The translations under genes were made by a program, and so were the position numbers. Source: an uncultured Prevotella sp. (GTDB lineage: Bacteria > Bacteroidota > Bacteroidia > Bacteroidales > Bacteroidaceae). Taken from it: a DNA stretch of 64,000 bases. The first letter of the stretch is position 1. The number at the start of each line of letters is the position of its first letter. The notes beneath the pieces were generated by a model. The model saw only the letters and a program-made list of their open reading frames with translations. It searched no databases and was not told the DNA's origin. Below are positions 60,533-64,000 of this stretch, piece after piece. The stretch covers positions 9,734-73,733 of the forward strand of contig UQHJ01000001.1 of NCBI GenBank assembly GCA_900540885.1, given 5' to 3'.

Positions 60533-60882
60533 TGAAGTGGGCGTAGCACTTGGCGAACTTACGGCTTCTGTTTCAGGCGCAGGAGTGGTTTCATTAGCCT
60601 TATTCTTATGTATGTTGAAGAAAGGAATCATTCTCGTATATATTATAGTTTGCAACGATTGTATTGTGCAAATGTACGATTAAAGTGTAAATTAGCAAAA
60701 GGGCAAAAGAGCAAAATGGGCTTTTCTTGTGTTACGATGTACGTGATTAACTGTGATTTACTATGCGGAATATACGTGTTGAATGTCCAGAAATCTTTTC
60801 TTGTGTAAAAAATACGCAAAAAGGTTTGGTAGTTTTAGATTAAGTCTTTACTTTTGTGGCGTAAAAATAACACAACAAGAAA

Positions 60883-61596
60883 ATGGAAGAGAATAAACTT
60901 ACAAATGAAGAACTGAAATATTGCTATAAATATCCTCACCCAAGTGTGACGACAGACTGCGTAATATTTGGTTTTGACGGTACGAAACTGAGTGTGCTAT
61001 TAGTAAAGCGCGGTGTAGAACCTTATAAAGGACGTTGGGCTTTCCCAGGTGGCTTTATGAACATGGACGAGAGTGCAGAAGAGGGAGCTTTGCGCGAGTT
61101 GCAAGAAGAGACGGGGCTTAAGGGAGCGTATATTCGTCAGTTTCACACCTTCACCGCTCCTGAGCGTGACCCACGTGAGCGCGTCATCACGATTGCTTAT
61201 TATGCTTTGGTAAGAATGCAAGAAGTTGCCGGGGGTGACGATGCTGACGATGCTCGTTGGTTCACACTTGATGAGGTGCCTCAATTGGCTTTTGACCACG
61301 ACCAAATACTTCGTAAGGCGCAAAAGGCCTTGCGCCAGCAAATCCATTTCGAACCCATCGGTTTTGAACTATTGCCCGAAGCGTTTACAATCAAAGAGTT
61401 GCAAAACCTTTACGAGGCAATATTAGACGTTCACTTTGACCGCCGCAACTTTTACAATAAAATGAAACGGCTCGAAATGCTTGATGCAACGAACGAGAAG
61501 GTGAATCCTTCTAAAAAGAAAGAAGCCATCCTCTTCCGCTTCAACAAAGCCAAGTATAACGAATTGAAGCAAAAAGGGTTTAGATTAGAATTTTGA
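60883..61596 (+). CDS. NUDIX hydrolase with C-terminal winged-helix domain (NrtR/ADP-ribose-pyrophosphatase-like)
   Basis: Nudix box GGFMNMDESAEEGALRELQEETGL. About 90-aa C-terminal extension. Confidence 0.8.
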   Translation: MEENKLTNEELKYCYKYPHPSVTTDCVIFGFDGTKLSVLLVKRGVEPYKGRWAFPGGFMNMDESAEEGALRELQEETGLKGAYIRQFHTFTAPERDPRERVITIAYYALVRMQEVAGGDDADDARWFTLDEVPQLAFDHDQILRKAQKALRQQIHFEPIGFELLPEAFTIKELQNLYEAILDVHFDRRNFYNKMKRLEMLDATNEKVNPSKKKEAILFRFNKAKYNELKQKGFRLEF

Positions 61597-61621
61597 ACAC
61601 CTACTTAAAATCTTAAGTACC

Positions 61622-63676
61622 ATGTTAGGAGCAATTATTGGTGACATTGTGGGTAGCACCCGCGAATGGCACAACATTAAGACCACGAATTTTGAACTTG
61701 TGCCTTTAGACAGTCGCTTTACTGACGATACAGTGATGACACTTGCCGTGGCAGAATGGTTGATGCAAGATGCACTGCATCGCCCCGAAACCTTAGTCGC
61801 TTGTATGCAGCGTTTGGGTCGTCAATATCCGGACGCAGGTTACGGTCGCAGTTTTAAACAGTGGATATGGAGTGAAAATGCCCAAGCTTACCATAGCTAT
61901 GGCAATGGTTCGGGCATGAGAGTAAGTCCCGTAGGTTTATATGCTAGAACGCTCAAGGAAGCATTAGAGTTGGCTCGCATTACGGCCTCCGTTACGCACA
62001 ACCACCCCGAGGGCATCAAAGGAGCGCAGGCCATTGCCGCCTGTGTCTTTCTCAAAAAGTATGGTAAGAGCGATGTCATTATTCGTCGTTTCATATCAGA
62101 CTATATAAAATATAACTTACACTTCCGTTTGGCAGATCTTCGTTCGCAATACACGTTTGACGTGACTTGTCAGGGCAGTGTGCCTATTGCCATTCAAGCC
62201 TATTTAGAAGGTGAAGATTCTTCTGCGGAGTACGCTTTGCGTTTAGCGATATCGATGGGTGGTGATTCTGATACGATTGGTGCGATGACGGCGGCTATTG
62301 CTGATGCTGAACGATTTAATACTCTCTGCAGCAAAGAGACCTTCTCGTCAGAACTCGTAAGGAAATGTCGTGCTTTGCTTACTGCAGAGTTGCTCGATAT
62401 TAACGACCGATTTGAACATTTCTTGGTGCAAAGGCAGTCAGCCCTTTTACGAGAAAAGCGCACAGAACGTCATAGCTCGATACCGACTGAGACTATCAAG
62501 GCTCAAACGCGCGACCGCATTCGAGGTTCACTCATCGGAGGCGCGATAGGTGATGCCTTGGGCTATCCCATAGAGTTTATGAGTCGCAATAGCATCTTGT
62601 CGCAGTACGGTCGTCGCGGCATCACCACGTTTAGTCTTGATCGCCAAGGCAAGGCATTGATTAGTGATGATACGCAGATGACGCTCTTTACGGCCAACGG
62701 ACTTCTATTTGGTGTTACGCGCGGATACACGCATGGTGTTGCGGGTCCACCCGAGTCATACGTTCGTTTCGCTTATTTGGATTGGTATTACACACAAGGT
62801 GGTGGCGCAGACGTTAAATTCCAACCACACACGTGGCTTCACTCTCTGCCTGAATTGAATAGCCTTCGTGCGCCAGGTAATACCTGTCTGTCAGCTTGTG
62901 AAGCATTGCTTCATCATCGAGAGGTAAAGAACTATAGTAAGGGTTGTGGAGGTATTATGCGCGTTGCCCCGATGGCGCTATTGTGTGCCGGATATTGGAG
63001 TCGTAATAAGCGCTTTTATGGTGAGGCTGAAATGGACAAGGCTGGTGCTGAAATAGCAGCCATTACTCATAAGCACCCTTTAGGCTTCTTGCCTGCAGCC
63101 ATGCTAACTCACCTCCTTTTTCAAATAATTCAGAAGAATGAAAAAGTAGTAAGGGCTTCTATTGCAGACATGGTTCTTGATAGTACACATGCACTTCTCA
63201 ACTTTGGTAACTATCGTCGTGAAACGGCTTATCTATCCAAACTGACAAGAGAGGCCGTCGTGTTAGCCCTCAACGATGAAAGCGATGCTGAAAACATTCG
63301 TCGATTAGGTGAAGGTTGGACGGGTGAAGAGGCGTGGGCTATTGCCGTCTATTGTGTAGTTCGTCACGTTGACAACATAGAAGAGGCTATCCTTGCCGCC
63401 GTCAATCATGATGGTGATAGTGACTCTACAGGAGCCATTTGTGGCAACATCATGGGAGCTATTTATGGTTACGAGGTCATTAAGCGGCTCAACTTATGTT
63501 GTCCGCGCGGAATAGATTTAGAGCAAACGCTTGAGTTAGCTCCTATTATTCTTTCCATGGCTGATGACCTTTATACAAGTTGTATCATTGATGATTACGC
63601 TCCGATTGATATGCCCGAAAAGGAACAATGGTACGAGCGCTATTGTTGTTGTAAAGCCACATTTGGAAAGAGATAA
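61622..63676 (+). CDS. tandem-duplicated ADP-ribosylglycohydrolase (two ARH/DraG-like domains in one 684-aa protein)
   Basis: Domain 1: MLGAIIGDIVGSTREW…DDTVMTLAVAEWL. Domain 2: IRGSLIGGAIGDALGYPIEFMS…SDDTQMTLFTANGLL. Each half carries the ARH N-terminal GD..G and DDT motifs. Confidence 0.8.
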   Translation: MLGAIIGDIVGSTREWHNIKTTNFELVPLDSRFTDDTVMTLAVAEWLMQDALHRPETLVACMQRLGRQYPDAGYGRSFKQWIWSENAQAYHSYGNGSGMRVSPVGLYARTLKEALELARITASVTHNHPEGIKGAQAIAACVFLKKYGKSDVIIRRFISDYIKYNLHFRLADLRSQYTFDVTCQGSVPIAIQAYLEGEDSSAEYALRLAISMGGDSDTIGAMTAAIADAERFNTLCSKETFSSELVRKCRALLTAELLDINDRFEHFLVQRQSALLREKRTERHSSIPTETIKAQTRDRIRGSLIGGAIGDALGYPIEFMSRNSILSQYGRRGITTFSLDRQGKALISDDTQMTLFTANGLLFGVTRGYTHGVAGPPESYVRFAYLDWYYTQGGGADVKFQPHTWLHSLPELNSLRAPGNTCLSACEALLHHREVKNYSKGCGGIMRVAPMALLCAGYWSRNKRFYGEAEMDKAGAEIAAITHKHPLGFLPAAMLTHLLFQIIQKNEKVVRASIADMVLDSTHALLNFGNYRRETAYLSKLTREAVVLALNDESDAENIRRLGEGWTGEEAWAIAVYCVVRHVDNIEEAILAAVNHDGDSDSTGAICGNIMGAIYGYEVIKRLNLCCPRGIDLEQTLELAPIILSMADDLYTSCIIDDYAPIDMPEKEQWYERYCCCKATFGKR

Positions 63677-64000
63677 GCTGTAATTTATAGAACAGATGGG
63701 CGCACGAACGCGTTATGTACGACCGATAAATAGAACTAAATAGTTCTTTATTTGAGGAAGTTTCCATTCCTCTAAAATGTAATATTCTCATATTTATTTG
63801 TATTTTTGTCACGAACGTTGTTTGGTTATAGATCGGACATAAATATGAAATCTTTAATAATAAAAAAATGGATAGAAAAAATTAACTTTAAACGACTTGC
63901 CTCAAATACGCAAGAAACAAACATCTTCAAGAGCAGCGAATAGTGGCGTTAAAGGGACGAAAGATAATCCTTTCTCTGAGGACGAAGTACTCTCTTTAAT

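Noticed and set aside
60533-60655. 41-codon N-terminal extension of lptB
   Set aside because: Low-complexity Thr/Pro/Ala-rich peptide not found in LptB proteins. The internal Met at 60532 gives a standard-length LptB.

Overview
This window looks like a chromosomal segment from a Bacteroidota genome (Prevotella/Porphyromonas-like, about 45-47% GC). Supporting points: Bacteroidetes-type -33 TTTG / -7 TAnnTTTG promoter motifs, no Shine-Dalgarno sequences, abundant lipoproteins and OMP_b-brl_3-type outer-membrane proteins. The coding content is mostly conserved housekeeping genes. Left part: an S4/Hsp15-like gene, a sigma-54 activator, lptE-like, secG, comEA-like, a yhhQ-queC-queF queuosine operon, yicC-gmk-nadD, rpsF-rpsR-rplI, truA and an EamA transporter. 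Minus-strand block: der, era, fabH, rpmF and yceD. Accessory-looking island (about 20.7-31.7 kb): two paralogous carboxypeptidase-regulatory-like outer-membrane beta-barrel genes flanking a frameshifted TPR-TM-LuxR regulator and a small secreted protein, with an ECF sigma/anti-sigma/secreted-protein operon upstream of the second. Middle: a glycogen-type GH57/GT4/debranching-enzyme cluster, a Crp/Fnr regulator, a decayed DinJ-YafQ toxin-antitoxin remnant, mlaFE plus an OmpA/TPR/beta-propeller gene, relA/spoT, a porin O/P, and flavodoxin. Right part: mnmA, metY, lrp, ttcA, a class A acid phosphatase, mgtC, an S9 peptidase, lptB, and a NUDIX plus tandem ADP-ribosylglycohydrolase pair. Several families of small hairpin/foldback repeats punctuate the intergenic DNA: (i) 73-90 bp tandem units that carry a Bacteroidetes -7 box and sit directly 5' of four unrelated genes; (ii) foldback elements with conserved AAACTGCAATTTATCTGCC termini and variable palindromic cores; (iii) a flip-flop REP-like hairpin; (iv) inverted arrays of AATGTGC octamers; (v) a TIR-bounded 260-bp MITE-like element. 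Other notable points are a candidate preQ1-I riboswitch in front of yhhQ-queC-queF and an A7 homopolymer frameshift that separates a perfect signal peptide from one of the OMP genes. No rRNA, tRNA or CRISPR array was recognised.
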